From Hydrurus foetidus (lineage: Eukaryota), in NCBI GenBank assembly GCA_900617105.1, contig UYFQ01000418.1:1-39273 (forward strand): a stretch of 39,273 nucleotides of DNA. The letters are read 5' to 3'. How positions within the stretch are numbered: position 1 is the stretch's first letter; each line of letters begins with the position of its first letter. Positions 1 through 11,483 of this stretch are shown here, piece by piece. Under the pieces are notes generated by a model. That model did not search any database. It saw nothing but the letters and a program-made list of their open reading frames with translations, and was not told the DNA's origin. The position numbers and the translations under genes were made by a program.

Positions 1-910
1 TGAGGTCATGCCCTTTGTTGCTTGTTTATGGTGCGCAGTGATTGCTGTTTTCTTCCCTGTATATCTATTACTAGAAGGTCGTGATCCCAACACTTCGCTA
101 TTCAACCCTCTTCCTGTGCCACTTATCAAATCCGTTGGTTTTAGTGGATAGTGATGAGTGTGGGAACGAGACAAATGCGGTGTTAAATTGCTGTGCGTTC
201 TGATATGCATGGTGCTGTCAAAGTCCTCATTCTTGTGTGCCCCAGGTTTGGAAGGAGTGACGAAAATGAGCCAAAGCATTACTCCGTACAGAAGGAGTAA
301 TAATTTGACCGTAATGCGACTAGACTCTCTTCTCGATGAGGTTAAACCGACATCTGAAGATAAGATACCCGCAAAAAGAATAATCCCGATCAGCAGATGA
401 CCGGTCCATACGAAACTTATCCCCAGTATACCCGTCACAGCTTGAATGATGAAAGCAGGCAGCTTGTAATTCCTCATCGTTCAAAGCAAGATAGTTGGAA
501 ATTCCAGGGTGGTTAGACAATTCTCAGTGAATGAATAGGCTTCACTTCTCTTTGATGAATTGAGCTATTTTCCTCCCTAAAGTACTGCACCGAAGTTGTC
601 CAACAGGTAGAAGCTGATAATTAATGTCTTGATTAAAGCAGGACTGCTGCGTTCGATATAGATACCAGCTGGAAGTGCAAAATTGCTCTTACCGCTGTTG
701 CGCACTACAGCACAGGAAGGTTTCAATGCTTCAATGCTTCCACGAGTAACTATTTCATAAGATGCATCCAGTCGACCTGAACTCATCAGTTACTCCTCTC
801 TCCTCTATATTGCTCGAGCTGGAGCTGTTATGAATCCTGAAGGAGTCTCAACAGTCGGTCAGTCGATCCAACCCGACGAGAGAAGACCGGACCCCTTGGG
901 GGTTGGAGGT

Positions 911-964
911 TTTACACGGTATGTTTCATAATTTTACACGGTATGGTTCATGATTTTACACGGT
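911..964. repeat. 22-bp tandem repeat, ~2.5 copies (TTTACACGGTATGkTTCATrAT)
   Basis: TTTACACGGT recurs at 911, 933 and 955. Confidence 0.85.
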
Positions 965-1071
965 CCCGATTCATCGCCATATATAAATTTCAAACGAACT
1001 CTCCAAAATTCAAATTAAAATTCAAGTAATTTAGTTATTGGGCACGCGTGTGGTAACCAAGCATGTAAAGA

Positions 1072-1214
1072 AATTAATTGCAATTTAATTGTTGGGGTCA
1101 GGTAGCTTGACAATCAATTATTGCAATTAATGTTATGAGGCTAACCAATTATTAGATATTGTACAATTAATTGCTCTCACTTAATTGTACAATTAATTGT
1201 ACAATTAATTGTAC
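1072..1214. repeat. AT-rich cluster of palindromic CAATTAATTG motifs ending in a 12-bp tandem (TACAATTAATTG)n
   Basis: Repeated CAATTA/TAATTG words; ttaattgtacaattaattgtacaattaattgtac at 1181-1214. Confidence 0.7.
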
Positions 1215-1396
1215 TTTATTGATATAAATTACTCGCCATATAAGTTCCAGTAACACCAAGTGGTCAGCTGTCTGGATCCCTCCGCCTCCTGGAGAGGTGG
1301 TTCGAACCCCCTTGAACCGACATTGTAACGAAGAGCAACGTTCAAGTGACAACACAAAACTACTTCGAAAGTTACGTTGCAGCAACAGGGTTTGAG

Positions 1397-3921
1397 ATGG
1401 ATGTTTCGACAAGCCAGAAGAGGAAGAGGCCTCTGTTGGAAGATGCCGCTGAACAGGGGGCAAGTGGCCTTGATTTCAATACCGCGAAGAGCTGCAAGAT
1501 AACTGCGGATGCGGAGGCAACAACTCCTAAGGAAACGGACTCGTTACATGCGAACATCTCGTCTCCACTGGACGGTGCTGAGAACAGAGAGCGCAATGCT
1601 CTTGTGACGACGGGTGAAATGGATGTGCAGCAGGAATCTCAATTTTCTGCTGCTGCACCGACATCAGCTCTGAAACAAATCTTACAACAACAGTGGAGTG
1701 CCGAAGCGCAGAAAAGTTTGAGGGTAGTATATGATGACAGTGGCAGAGATAACGATTTCGCTGATGAGAGCATCGGGAGTGAGATCATGTCAGACATCGA
1801 CACACATCACGGTGAATTAAAAATTAGTCTGCCTCCCAGAAATGGAGTCACAGTCTCAGTCGATAGCAAATCAATCAACGGAACCGATTCAGTCCCGCAG
1901 AAAGCAGCGGTGGCAAAAAGTGCTCCGATGACCCGATCCTCTATCGGCAATGTTAATACGACGAAAAGCACTTTAGTGACTCCAATCGGTGATATCGATC
2001 ATGTCGATGGTGACAACAAAGTTGCTGCGGTGACTGTAGCTGTCTCGAACAGCATATCTTCATCATCAAAAGCTCGAAGCCACGCAATTGCAACTTCAAC
2101 AGGGGCTGCGGATCGCATCGTAACCTCTCTCTTAACTCCGATTCTTCCGACCAGTAGAAAAGATGATGGTGGACCTGATATCAACATTCCTGTCATTGAT
2201 GATACTACGAGATTAGTGAAGAAACGCAGTAAAAGCAAGTTTGGCATCTGCTGGCTATTACTTCTTGGCATTCTAATTATCTTCATGGGCTTCTGTTTTT
2301 TTACGTATGTTCCTACAAACAATAACACGAGCATGAATAAGAGTACAACAGTCGAGGATATTCTGAGCAACGGTAATGTATCTGAAGCACTGCTACTCCC
2401 TACATTGGATGATCCTATATTCACAAGAGGTGCTCAATTTCTCCAGCAATTAAGCGGCTTAGAACAAGAAGTTCTTCTTCTTTCAGAAATACTAGACCAC
2501 GCTGCAGCAGTAGAAACAGAATCGGAAATTCTCACAATGAAATCAAATGCAGAACAAGAAGAGTTCAAACTGGAGACAGACAATGCTCTGATAGAATTGG
2601 AGTCGTACATATTTAAACTGGAAGAAGAAGGAAAAGTTCTCATTAAGAACGGTGCAATACTTGAAAAAGAAAGTTCCGAACTATTTTCAGAAGGAGAAAT
2701 TACCGATGAGGAACTGGAAATGAAAATGGAAAATCTTCAAGAAATGCAATTAAATGTGGAAAATCTGGAAACTGTTATTGATCGCATTGAAATTTTGGTG
2801 GATGAATCAGCAGCTAATTCTGAGATTGATCATTTCATCGACTCTGACTCAGATGAGCTTGTCACACTCGCAGAATTGGATGAAGTTGAAGTTGAAGATG
2901 GGTCGCCAAGGAGTGCAGAAGATATAGAGAGGGATACTGTTATTGCAGGTGCGGTATCGGCTGTTGAGAAAGTGTTGTCGACTTTAGAAAAAGATCTTGC
3001 AGTATCTGTGGGTGAAGTTGACACGGCGATTAAAAAACACGTGTCCGTACAAGCAGATGAAGAGTACGTGCGCACCGCAAAATTGTTGGCTGATGAGGCA
3101 GCAGTAAAATTGCAAGCAGAAATTGATAGTGAAGTCGAGAGGGAAAAAGAGATTGAAATGAAAAAGAAAAGAAGGAAAAAGAGGAAGAAGAAAAAAAGGC
3201 GGAATTACTTGCAGTAGAATTGAAAAAAGCTCAACTTGAAAAAGAACAAAAAGAAGTGGATTTGATGGGAAATATTCTGAGTGGAAGAATATTGGATTAT
3301 GCTGTGTGGCCAAGGGGAGGTAGGGTAATCCCTCCGGGGCAAACAATTTCAATGTCGGGTAAAGCAGTCGTACTTACGTCACTACCGTACGTTCTTTCCC
3401 AAGGCGTGTTTAAGAGATTTCGACATAAATTCCGACTGGAAAAAGAGTCTTCTGATGCAACCGTCCTTATCAGTCATGTTGCGGAGATGAGTGGTGGAGT
3501 TGAGAAAGATGAGTTTAAATGCTATTCTTTCAAGGGGGACAAAGGAAACGTAACTGTCACAATGCATTCCGCTATTAGAGTTTCTCATATTCAAATATTA
3601 CACAGCCCGAAAAATTCGAATCAATCAAACGCACCCAAAAAAATTAAAATAATAGGATGGCCGGAAAAACCTTCTTCATCAATGTCGGTTATAGAGGGTC
3701 AAGATATTGGAACTTTTGAATATAAAGTGAACGAAAACAAGGGAGAAATTTCGTATTTACAAACTTTCCCCATTTCAAGTTCAATCCCCATGGGGATGGA
3801 ATTGAATGAGTACGTACGGGAATTCAAGGCGATAACAGTATACGTGCTGTCGAATCATGGAGACGTAACGCACACAAGTATTTGTCGTATTAAAATTCTA
3901 GGTGAATTAGCTGCTGTTTAA
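1397..3921 (+). CDS. SUN-domain (Sad1/UNC-84) inner nuclear membrane protein, split by a 1-nt frameshift near 3151-3155
   Basis: First ATG at 1397 is followed by an NLS-like KRKR, a long disordered N-terminus, one TM helix (FGICWLLLLGILIIFMGFCFF) and an acidic coiled coil. ORF 3220-3921 has SUN motifs (DYA..GGRVI, CYSFKG..G.VTV, SNAPKKI, YVLSNHG...TSICRIKILG). Adding one A to the A-run after ATG at 3148 fuses the frames (MKKEKKEKEEEEKKAELLAVELKK). Confidence 0.88.
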
Positions 3922-4063
3922 TATTTTTAGCCTTGGATGCGTCGTGTGTTGTATATTGTACTATTGCATATTTGTTCATATCAGTCTACAAGAGTGTTTT
4001 ATTGAATCAACCGATTTGTAGAAATATGAATTATTAGTCCCCAGAAAAGATTATGTATCGCTA

Positions 4064-4120
4064 CCAAATTACACATGTCCGTACGTACGCGCCGCCAAAT
4101 TACACATGTCCGTACGTACG
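4064..4120. repeat. 26-bp direct duplication (period 31) between the convergent gene 3' ends
   Basis: CCAAATTACACATGTCCGTACGTACG at 4064 and 4095. Confidence 0.85.
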
Positions 4121-4418
4121 TACATTACAGCATACGTATGTGCGTCCCTCTTTAGCAGTGTTATAGATTTGATTCTATAAAATTACGAATAAATTGTGAT
4201 GCTTCGATTTATAGTACAACACTACACTATCAATTTCTCGAGCCCATAAAAGCTTTAAGAATAAATTACAAATAAAATAAAACGACAAAGATTTATTTTT
4301 ATTACTATCATGTAAAATTGCTATGTATGTAAGATATGAGAAAGGCGCAAGAAAAAAGAAATAAATTGATAAAAAGGTGTAGAAAAAGAATATGAAATGT
4401 ACGGTACGCTGCATCACT

Positions 4419-5636
4419 CTAACTGACAACTTGAAGTTGTTGAGATGCACTTGATATGAAGTCCGTCTCAAGACCATTTCCAACTGCATTGTCAATAACA
4501 TTTTCACTGTTAATTACTGCCTTACTTTCACTGGAGATGCATCGCCAGTGTTTGAAAGCAACTATCAGAAATTTCAATTTTATCAGCTGTTGTGCTGCTT
4601 TTGTAATCGTTCTTGACGCTTTTTTTCTCACATCCCCGTGCAGTACGGTTAGTCCGGCCAACAGAGCTTCCGCTTCCTCCTCATTCTCAACGCATAAGTA
4701 CACAGTCTTCATCTGTTCTGCATTTATAGGTGAGGCATCGCAGATTTGTATCGTTACCATATTCGTATCAATGTTATCTGATGCTACAGATCCAACTGAT
4801 AGCAATGGGATGATCAATGAGTCCTTTTCTCGACTGACTAAATCAACACTAGTATCAGTGGAATTGCCACACACGTCATCAGATGCTTGTTGTTCTTTTA
4901 TTTGCAAATGGAATCCACCCTTCATAAGATTGACTTTACACACTTTAAGTTCACTCGAAGTAGAAGAAGAATGTAAGGTGTTAGTGCCGTTACAACACTT
5001 GACATCTGCATAGATTCCTTCGATCAGCATTCCAGTAAAGTTCCTAAGAAGTTGCATCCTAAGAGAAGTAGTTTCAAGTCTCTTCTGAGGCTCAATAAAT
5101 TCTTGTGATAAACTTTTTGATAAAAATGGGTCAGAATCTTGCTGGGGAAGAAAAGAATTTATCACATTTAGTTTCGCCAATGAAGTTGAGAGAGATATGG
5201 CTCCAGCGAGTAGACCGTCATTTGGAGCCAAGAATACCTGCCATAAGATTGTTTTCAAGTGCCTGTGTGCTTTTTGCCTTACTTTCTGGCTGATAATGTT
5301 TATTTGCTCATCGATATCCTGCTCATATTTCTCAAAATTTGGCTTAAGGATGTACGTATAGATTCTAAAAGATCCCTGAAATTGAGGCAAAGTTAGCCAA
5401 AGTATGAAGAGCACCTTGCTCTCAGGAGGCCAGTTTCGGAGAACTGAAAAGTAATTTAGGAGGAATTCAGCGTAGAGGAACAAACCGAAGACAGACCAGT
5501 AAGTCAAATATTCTCTGATGCCTTCATCATCCTTAGAGACAATAGCCTTCGTCGAGTCCAAGCATGGCAATAAATACCCAAAAATGTTGAATAAGAGTTT
5601 TGAAACGAATAACCTTATCGTCCAAATGGATGTCAT
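4419..5636 (-). CDS. TB2/DP1/HVA22 (REEP/Yop1-like) membrane protein with a probable C-terminal PH-like domain
   Basis: N-terminus GYLLP...S.KAI...EYLTYWSVFGLF...KVLFILWLTLPQFQGS..IY..ILKP.F.KYE.DID is the HVA22/REEP pattern. The C-terminal part has beta-rich segments ending in TVYLCVENEEEAEALLAGL, typical of the PH-fold terminal helix (inference). Confidence 0.85.
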   Translation of the reverse strand: MTSIWTIRLFVSKLLFNIFGYLLPCLDSTKAIVSKDDEGIREYLTYWSVFGLFLYAEFLLNYFSVLRNWPPESKVLFILWLTLPQFQGSFRIYTYILKPNFEKYEQDIDEQINIISQKVRQKAHRHLKTILWQVFLAPNDGLLAGAISLSTSLAKLNVINSFLPQQDSDPFLSKSLSQEFIEPQKRLETTSLRMQLLRNFTGMLIEGIYADVKCCNGTNTLHSSSTSSELKVCKVNLMKGGFHLQIKEQQASDDVCGNSTDTSVDLVSREKDSLIIPLLSVGSVASDNIDTNMVTIQICDASPINAEQMKTVYLCVENEEEAEALLAGLTVLHGDVRKKASRTITKAAQQLIKLKFLIVAFKHWRCISSESKAVINSENVIDNAVGNGLETDFISSASQQLQVVS

Positions 5637-5834
5637 GTGATGCTGCGAAAGTCTCTATTAGGTAGAGACTTCCTCTTCAAAATTCAGAAAGTCTTCCATC
5701 GTGAGTCCCTCCTCGAAACTGTTTTCTCTTTTGAAGGAAACCTCCTCGGTGCTATCGACCGATATGATGTCTACCTCACATTTCACAACGTGCAGCGAAT
5801 CTGTGGAGGATGACATGATTTCATTTCGAACTTT

Positions 5835-5869
5835 GAAAACAGAAAACAGAAAACAGAAAACAGAAAACA
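5835..5869. repeat. (GAAAACA)5 short tandem repeat
   Basis: Directly visible. Confidence 0.9.
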
Positions 5870-5882
5870 TCATCATACCGTC

Positions 5883-6206
5883 TGTTGGGATATATCTGAG
5901 ATCCGTGGTAGCGCACGAACGCGATAGTACAGCTCGGAAGGTTCTCAAGGCCAAGGCTCGTGAAACGAGACTACCGTTAGTCAACGATCACTTGTTAATT
6001 AGACTGTGCTTCATCAGTCAAAAAGGCCACGAGTCCAAACAATGCATACGATCATATCCTACTCTACGGTTGCAGCCTGTGGATCCCGTGTTCACTGATC
6101 CACCCGCTGCACGTATGCGTACTTACTCAAAAAAGCGTACTGCAGTACGCTAAACAACGTAAGTACACAGATTGTGTTCGTGTCATAAACTATGACACTT
6201 CCAACA
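5883..6206 (-). repeat. 3' LTR of Copia-1 (324 bp)
   Basis: Matches 11152-11475 except for 3 C/T differences counted by eye. Confidence 0.97.
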
Positions 6207-6216
6207 CACCCCTATG
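6207..6216 (-). other. Polypurine-tract-like site of Copia-1 (CATAGGGGTG on the element strand)
   Basis: Abuts the 3' LTR; the identical 10-mer abuts the Copia-2 LTR at 27716-27725. Confidence 0.75.
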
Positions 6217-6272
6217 TCACATCACAATCGTCGCCTTTCATGCATCTAACATAAGTCGCGGCAATTATGAAT

Positions 6273-9200
6273 CTAATCTACATTGCTTCCTTCCCATCCG
6301 GTTATTCCTTCTCTCTTCGACTTGAATTGAGCTCCTTGCAGCGGCTTCGTCAGAAGGTTCGCGTACATTGATTTTGTTCCGAGGTGGACTACTCGTGCCT
6401 CGCCCATGTCCACCCGCTCCTTAAGCCAGAAATATCTGATCGCTATATGCCTTGTCCGTTCCGCCGCTGACCGCCCTCTCTCGATGAGCGACATGCATGA
6501 CATGTTGTCCTGGTACACCGTCACTGGACCACACGCATATCCTTGCCCTATGATAAAATTTCTCAAATGCAGAGCTTGGTTAGAAGAGTCGGATAGCGCC
6601 ACTAGTTCCGCCTCCGTGCTTGACTTCGTCACTATTTGCTGCTTCGAAGACTTGCAGTGCACCGCACCCCTCTGTCCCACCACAACGCAGCTTCCCGTAT
6701 GTGACTTTCCATCAGGATGTACCCCGAATGCTGCATCGATTAGGACACTCACTTCTATTCCCTTGTCTCCAGGCGCAAACACGATCCCTCTGTCTTTGGT
6801 GCAGCACACATACTTGAGCAGTCGCTCTAGTTTAACGAGATCATCACTGTTGCACTTGGTCACTCTCGTGGCCAGGAATGCGACTGCAGTCAAGCAGTCT
6901 GGCCGAGCACGCTTAGCTAGGTATAGCAATTTCGCAACGTGGCGATGGAATCGCACCCGCTGCTCCTCCGTCGCCATCATCACACATTCCCTCACATCGA
7001 ACAGCCCCTCAGTGGCAGGCGTTCGCGCACCCCCAATTGTCCCGCTTTCCTTGAGCATGTCCTCCACGTACCCACACATGGACACCCTGGCTACACCTGT
7101 TATAGACATATCGAAAACCATACCTAGATAGTTCACGACAGGTCCGTTCTTCCGTGTAATGTCACCATACTTCTTGATCAACCCAGTCGCGAGTGACTCG
7201 ATCATCTCCTTATCTATGCTCGTGATCATCAGATCGTCCACATGTACCGCTATGGTGCATTGCACCCCGTGTTCATTGTGTCTGTTGAACACGCAGATGT
7301 CGTGAGTGTTAGCTACATATCCCAACTCGGACAGGGTATCCCTCAGATTCTCATACCATAAGGCAGCTGACTCTACGCAGCCGTATAGCGCTTTTTCCAG
7401 ACGCACTACCACGCGCCCCTTCATGTCCACATAGTCAGCATACTCGGGTGCTAGCTTAATCATTATGTTGGTCATGTTTCTGTCCAGGCGCATGTGGACC
7501 GTGAGTCCTGTCGTCATATCGGCATTGAGAAATGCTCCGCTTATGTCAATTACCGTGATGCATCGTCTCTCGTATGCTGCAATGCTCAGTAGTGTGAACA
7601 CTGAGCTTGTTCCAACGGTCGGTGCGGACAAGTCGTCATACATGTCTCTGTCCTGTTGGTCTCCTCCAGCGACTAACCGTGCCTTTAATTTTTCAAACTC
7701 ACCACTCGCCAGAAACTTCTCTTTGAGGAACATGCTGGATCGGATGATCCTATGTTTCTCCTCGCGAGAGAGTCGTGTCAGATCAACTGGTGCCCACACC
7801 TTCTTGCTGATCATCTGTCCAAGCTCCTTCTCGATGACGCTCACCGCTGCATCACCCCTTGTTCGCAGCGCTTCGTTCACAGATATATTCAATACACGCT
7901 CTCCCCAGTGGTCACCGTCCCCCGAGTAGTCTCTCGTCAGGAGTGCAAGTCCCCCCTTTTCCCCTCTGAAGTAGCTCATGAAGTCTTCTCGCCTCATTCG
8001 CGCAAGTGGACCTGGCTCGGCTGACATGCGCGTCTCGAATGTATCTCCTACAGTGTCATCCCGTGCACCCTCCGTTTCGCCAACCCCAGCGTCTGAGCAG
8101 CTCTGTGCTGTGTAGTCCACCGCAACTCCTTGCGCATCGAACGCCTCCTCACTGTCTTCTGTACGCACATATGGGCCTACTTCCATACCTCTCAAGCTGT
8201 TGATGAGATCTTCCATCTCAACTGACTTTGGTTTCATGGGGAGACGCACTGCCGCGATCGCGTGGTCCACATAGTTTGGCTGACTCAGGTCGTACATAAT
8301 GTCCGTTGTACTGCATTCACTGTGTTCCGGTTCATCCGGCATATCGTTGATGATGTCTGGGAAGTCTTCACTGTCTAGTGCAGCTAATGTCGGGTCAATG
8401 CCATTGTTTACTGCTGCCTCTATCGTGTCGGGCAGTACATCGGGCATCCCTTTCTTTGAGTCACCGTCCTGCTCAAATGATGTCGCTCGTATAGCAAGCT
8501 CCCCTTTTCCCTTCACTCGTCCATCCTCTAGAGCCAGTTCGTTCAGACGCTTGATAACAGATTCCGGCATGGGGAGTATCCTAAACTGGTCGCGATTCAC
8601 TAGTCTACCCGATCCAAGTGATAGCATTCTAACCGTGCCAGTCCTATTCCCCAGAGGGAGCATAACAACACAGTCTTCTGTTCTCGACTTCAGTGTGTTA
8701 TCAGTGTTCGGGACAGTGCATTGTGCATAGTCACCAAACGAGCATCTGAAGTCCCTCTTGCCGTCTGGCTTCCTCCCAATGAATGCTTCACGAGGGCTTA
8801 TCGCTGATTCCCGTAATCCGCTTGGTTCATAGTTGAGCCTGGATATCACGTACAGTACGCACATCGTGATACCCACAGTCGATAATGTAAAAGGTAGGTG
8901 ATACGCAACGTGCGACCGCACTCTCTCTTTAATTACTCGAATTCGTCTTTCTACTATCGCTACGTGCCCGCCAGCACCACTGATATCTACTTCTACTCCG
9001 AGCTTCCCAAGCTCGTCCACGAGGCTGATGACGGCCCCCTCGCCGTCGCTCATGATGACAGACGTCCTAAAGTTCTGTGACGCGAGCACTGCCAGGAAAT
9101 GGTTGATTCCTTTCCGCACCTCCGTCGCAGCTCTCGACGACTTCTTCGACACGATGTTGTTCAAACTGTATGCGATAGTAAGTCCAAGTGGAGTAGCCAC

Positions 9201-11125
9201 TCCGATTAGCATAGCTATTTTGTCTATAAACATTATATCGATTGATAGCACCTGATCTCTTTGCACGATTTTAGTGCTGACGACGATGTCGGCAACTGCG
9301 GTGGCTCTCTTGCATGTCTTCCCTTTTAGTGAAGCTACATCCTTTCCCCAGATGGCGTCTGCGATTTGAAAGTCTCTCGCAGATACTTCGAAGTTGCTTC
9401 CCGCGTTAACAATCGACATCGCCTGATCGACGGTCGGGAATCCCATTCTTGCCAGTAGCTCTCTTGCTCTCCGAGCTCTCTCTACTTCACGCTTCGTGAA
9501 CGCCTTAGTGTTTTCAACCACCGTTGAGACTAGAGCTGCTTCCGATTCCACGTCCCGCCAATCGCAAGAGTAAAAGCGCCCTTCACTCCCCACGATATGC
9601 TTCCGTCCGAAACAGTAGATTCTTTCGCTGTCCTTTGGCTGCAGTGTGAAGTAGTCCTCCTCGTGGTTATATCTCACGGCTGCTCCCGCGTCAACTTGCG
9701 ACGCGAATGATAGAACGTTGGCCGATGCTGATCCGCTGTAAAACACGGTCCCGAACTCCCCAAACTCTCCTTCACGATCAACGGAGACGTCAACTCCCTG
9801 CTGGATGCCACTCACTTTTATAGATTTTCTCGCTTTTCTTATTCCAGTAAGTAACTCGGCGTTGTTGAATATGTTCAATGAAGCTTCGTTACCTAGAAGC
9901 ACATCATATCTCGAGAAACAGCATATCTCAACAGATGAGACTAATGCAACACCCCACTCATCATCCTGCTCGCTCTCATTATCTGCGTCTGGTTCCTCAA
10001 CCGATACGTGGACTTTTCCAGATGATGATTTGCGTTGAGGACAGTCTCTAGCATAGTGCCCTTTCTCTTCGCACACGTAGCACTCCACATCGCTTAGCTG
10101 TTTCTTCTTGGCTCCACCAGTCTTGACTCCCTTCTTCTCTGTGTCTTTGGCCGCGGCTGCTTGTGAGCTGGCTGTAACGTACGCGGCGTTTGGTGCACCG
10201 GGTGTGGGTGTGAGTATGGAGCCGTTCTTGCGCCAGCCCAATGCGATGCGGAAAGCTCCGGCAAGTGTCTTGGGCAATGCATCAGGTTTGCGGCGGATGG
10301 CGTCGTTCTGCATATTGTCGTGCATATTTTTGTATCTTCTAGGGTCCAGTTTCCCAAGGAAGTCTAGTGCTCTCTTTGAATCGGACACTTCTGCCATCCC
10401 CACAGCGCGGTTTGCTTCGACCTGCTCATCGAATCTGTTCTTGAATGTGTCGAGCAGTTCTCTCTCCCCTTGTCTCATTGATCCGTACTTACGCTCTTGC
10501 TGGTGCTGATTGATCTCCATCATAGGATCATCGTCACCGAATATGTGGGTAAGGTGAGTCTTTCTGATCATTTCCCACAGCATGATACAGTCGAGGGTCA
10601 TGTATGCTTCGTGGTACCCCTCCTCCTCTCGCACTCTGGTCTGTGATGCAGGCGACACATGCGCCTCCACATCATGGGGTACAGCGTACGTTCGTTCTCC
10701 TTATGTGATTTGAGGTCGCGTTTTCTTTGAATATAGTCGTCTTCTCTGAATTTCGCCCTCGCTTTTGCAGACGCTTTTCTCCTTCTTGCATTTCTCGCTG
10801 CTCGATCCGCACTGCGTTCCGCCTTCTCGCGGGCTTCAGCTTCGAGTTGTGCTGGGTTGGCGACTGGTTTCTCGGCGTCAGAAGCCTCGTCTTCTGAATC
10901 CGAGCTGGAACTCTCCTCAGATGAGTCTGCAGGGTAATCCCTGTAGGTGAGTCTCGGATGCTCGTATCGCTTGTTGGTGGTAAAGAACATCCCTACGATT
11001 CCGTATAGTTCGGTTGCAATTGTCTGCATGTGTTCCCTCCATTTTATAATGTTGCTATTTTTTCCGTACTGAAGCGTACACTCCTCTGTACTTTTAGAAG
11101 CCTCAACGGCACGTTTTGGAGGCAT
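6273..11125 (-). pseudogene. Copia gag-pol polyprotein, disrupted by a 2-nt (TG) duplication near 10657-10660; protease catalytic Asp appears as Gly
   Basis: Zinc knuckle CYVCEEKGHYARDC; PR-position motif VLLGNEAS; integrase SIDIMF / MSDGEG / VERRIR; RT KARLVAGG, IDISGAF, LYG, HVDD; RNase H IDAAF, KSSTEAE, QDN, ANLLTK. Removing TG joins MMWRRM to SPASQTRV. Confidence 0.92.
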
Positions 11126-11139
11126 TGAAGAATGCCGTT

Positions 11140-11151
11140 ACAGTCTAATTA
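11140..11151 (-). promoter_or_regulatory. Primer-binding-site position of Copia-1 (TAATTAGACTGT), complementary to a 12-mer inside its own LTR
   Basis: Directly follows the 5' LTR; lacks the TGG start of tRNA 3'-end PBSs; is the perfect reverse complement of LTR positions 11265-11276. Confidence 0.8.
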
Positions 11152-11475
11152 TGTTGGGATATATCTGAGATCCGTGGTAGCGCACGAACGCGATAGTACA
11201 GCTCGGAAGGTTCTCAAGGCCAAGGCTCGTGAAACGAGACTACCGTTAGTCAACGATCACTTGTTAATTAGACTGTGCTTCATCAGTCAAAAAGGCCACG
11301 AGTCCAAACAATGCATACGATCATATCCTACTCTACGGTTGCAGCTTGTGGATCCCGTGTTCACTGATCCACCCGCTGCACGTATGCGTACTTACTCAAA
11401 AAAGCGTACTGCAGTACGCTAAATAACGTAAGTACACAGATTGTGTTCGTGTCATAAACTATGATACTTCCAACA
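11152..11475 (-). repeat. 5' LTR of Copia-1 (324 bp)
   Basis: Direct repeat of 5883-6206. Confidence 0.97.
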
Positions 11476-11483
11476 CCGTCCAG

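Larger units (their letters stand above)
5883..11475 (-). mobile_element. Full-length Ty1/Copia LTR retrotransposon, recently inserted
   Basis: Two 324-bp LTRs with TGTTGG...CCAACA ends; 5-bp TSD CCGTC at 5878-5882 and 11476-11480; domain order gag-PR-IN-RT-RH on the minus strand. Confidence 0.97.

Noticed and set aside
1..786. Minus-strand gene running off the left edge (frame open from 319 to 1; short ORFs at 577-786 and 320-520)
   Set aside because: No recognisable motif and no consistent splice model; left unannotated.
1255..1315. tRNA or SINE suggested by a B-box-like GGTTCGAACCC
   Set aside because: I could not build a convincing acceptor stem, D-arm or canonical anticodon loop.
5643..5669. 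27-nt GT...CAG micro-intron that would fuse the upstream ORF to the HVA22-like gene
   Set aside because: The donor GTCTCT is poor and other introns in the window are about 65-85 nt; needs RNA evidence.
6406..10509. Multiple plus-strand ORFs within Copia-1, and similar antisense ORFs over other genes
   Set aside because: Shadow frames of the real coding strand with no motifs.
11132..11151. tRNA-Tyr-related PBS (GACTGTAA resembles an anticodon arm)
   Set aside because: The resemblance is in the sense orientation, not complementary, so it could not prime; the LTR self-match is longer and perfect.
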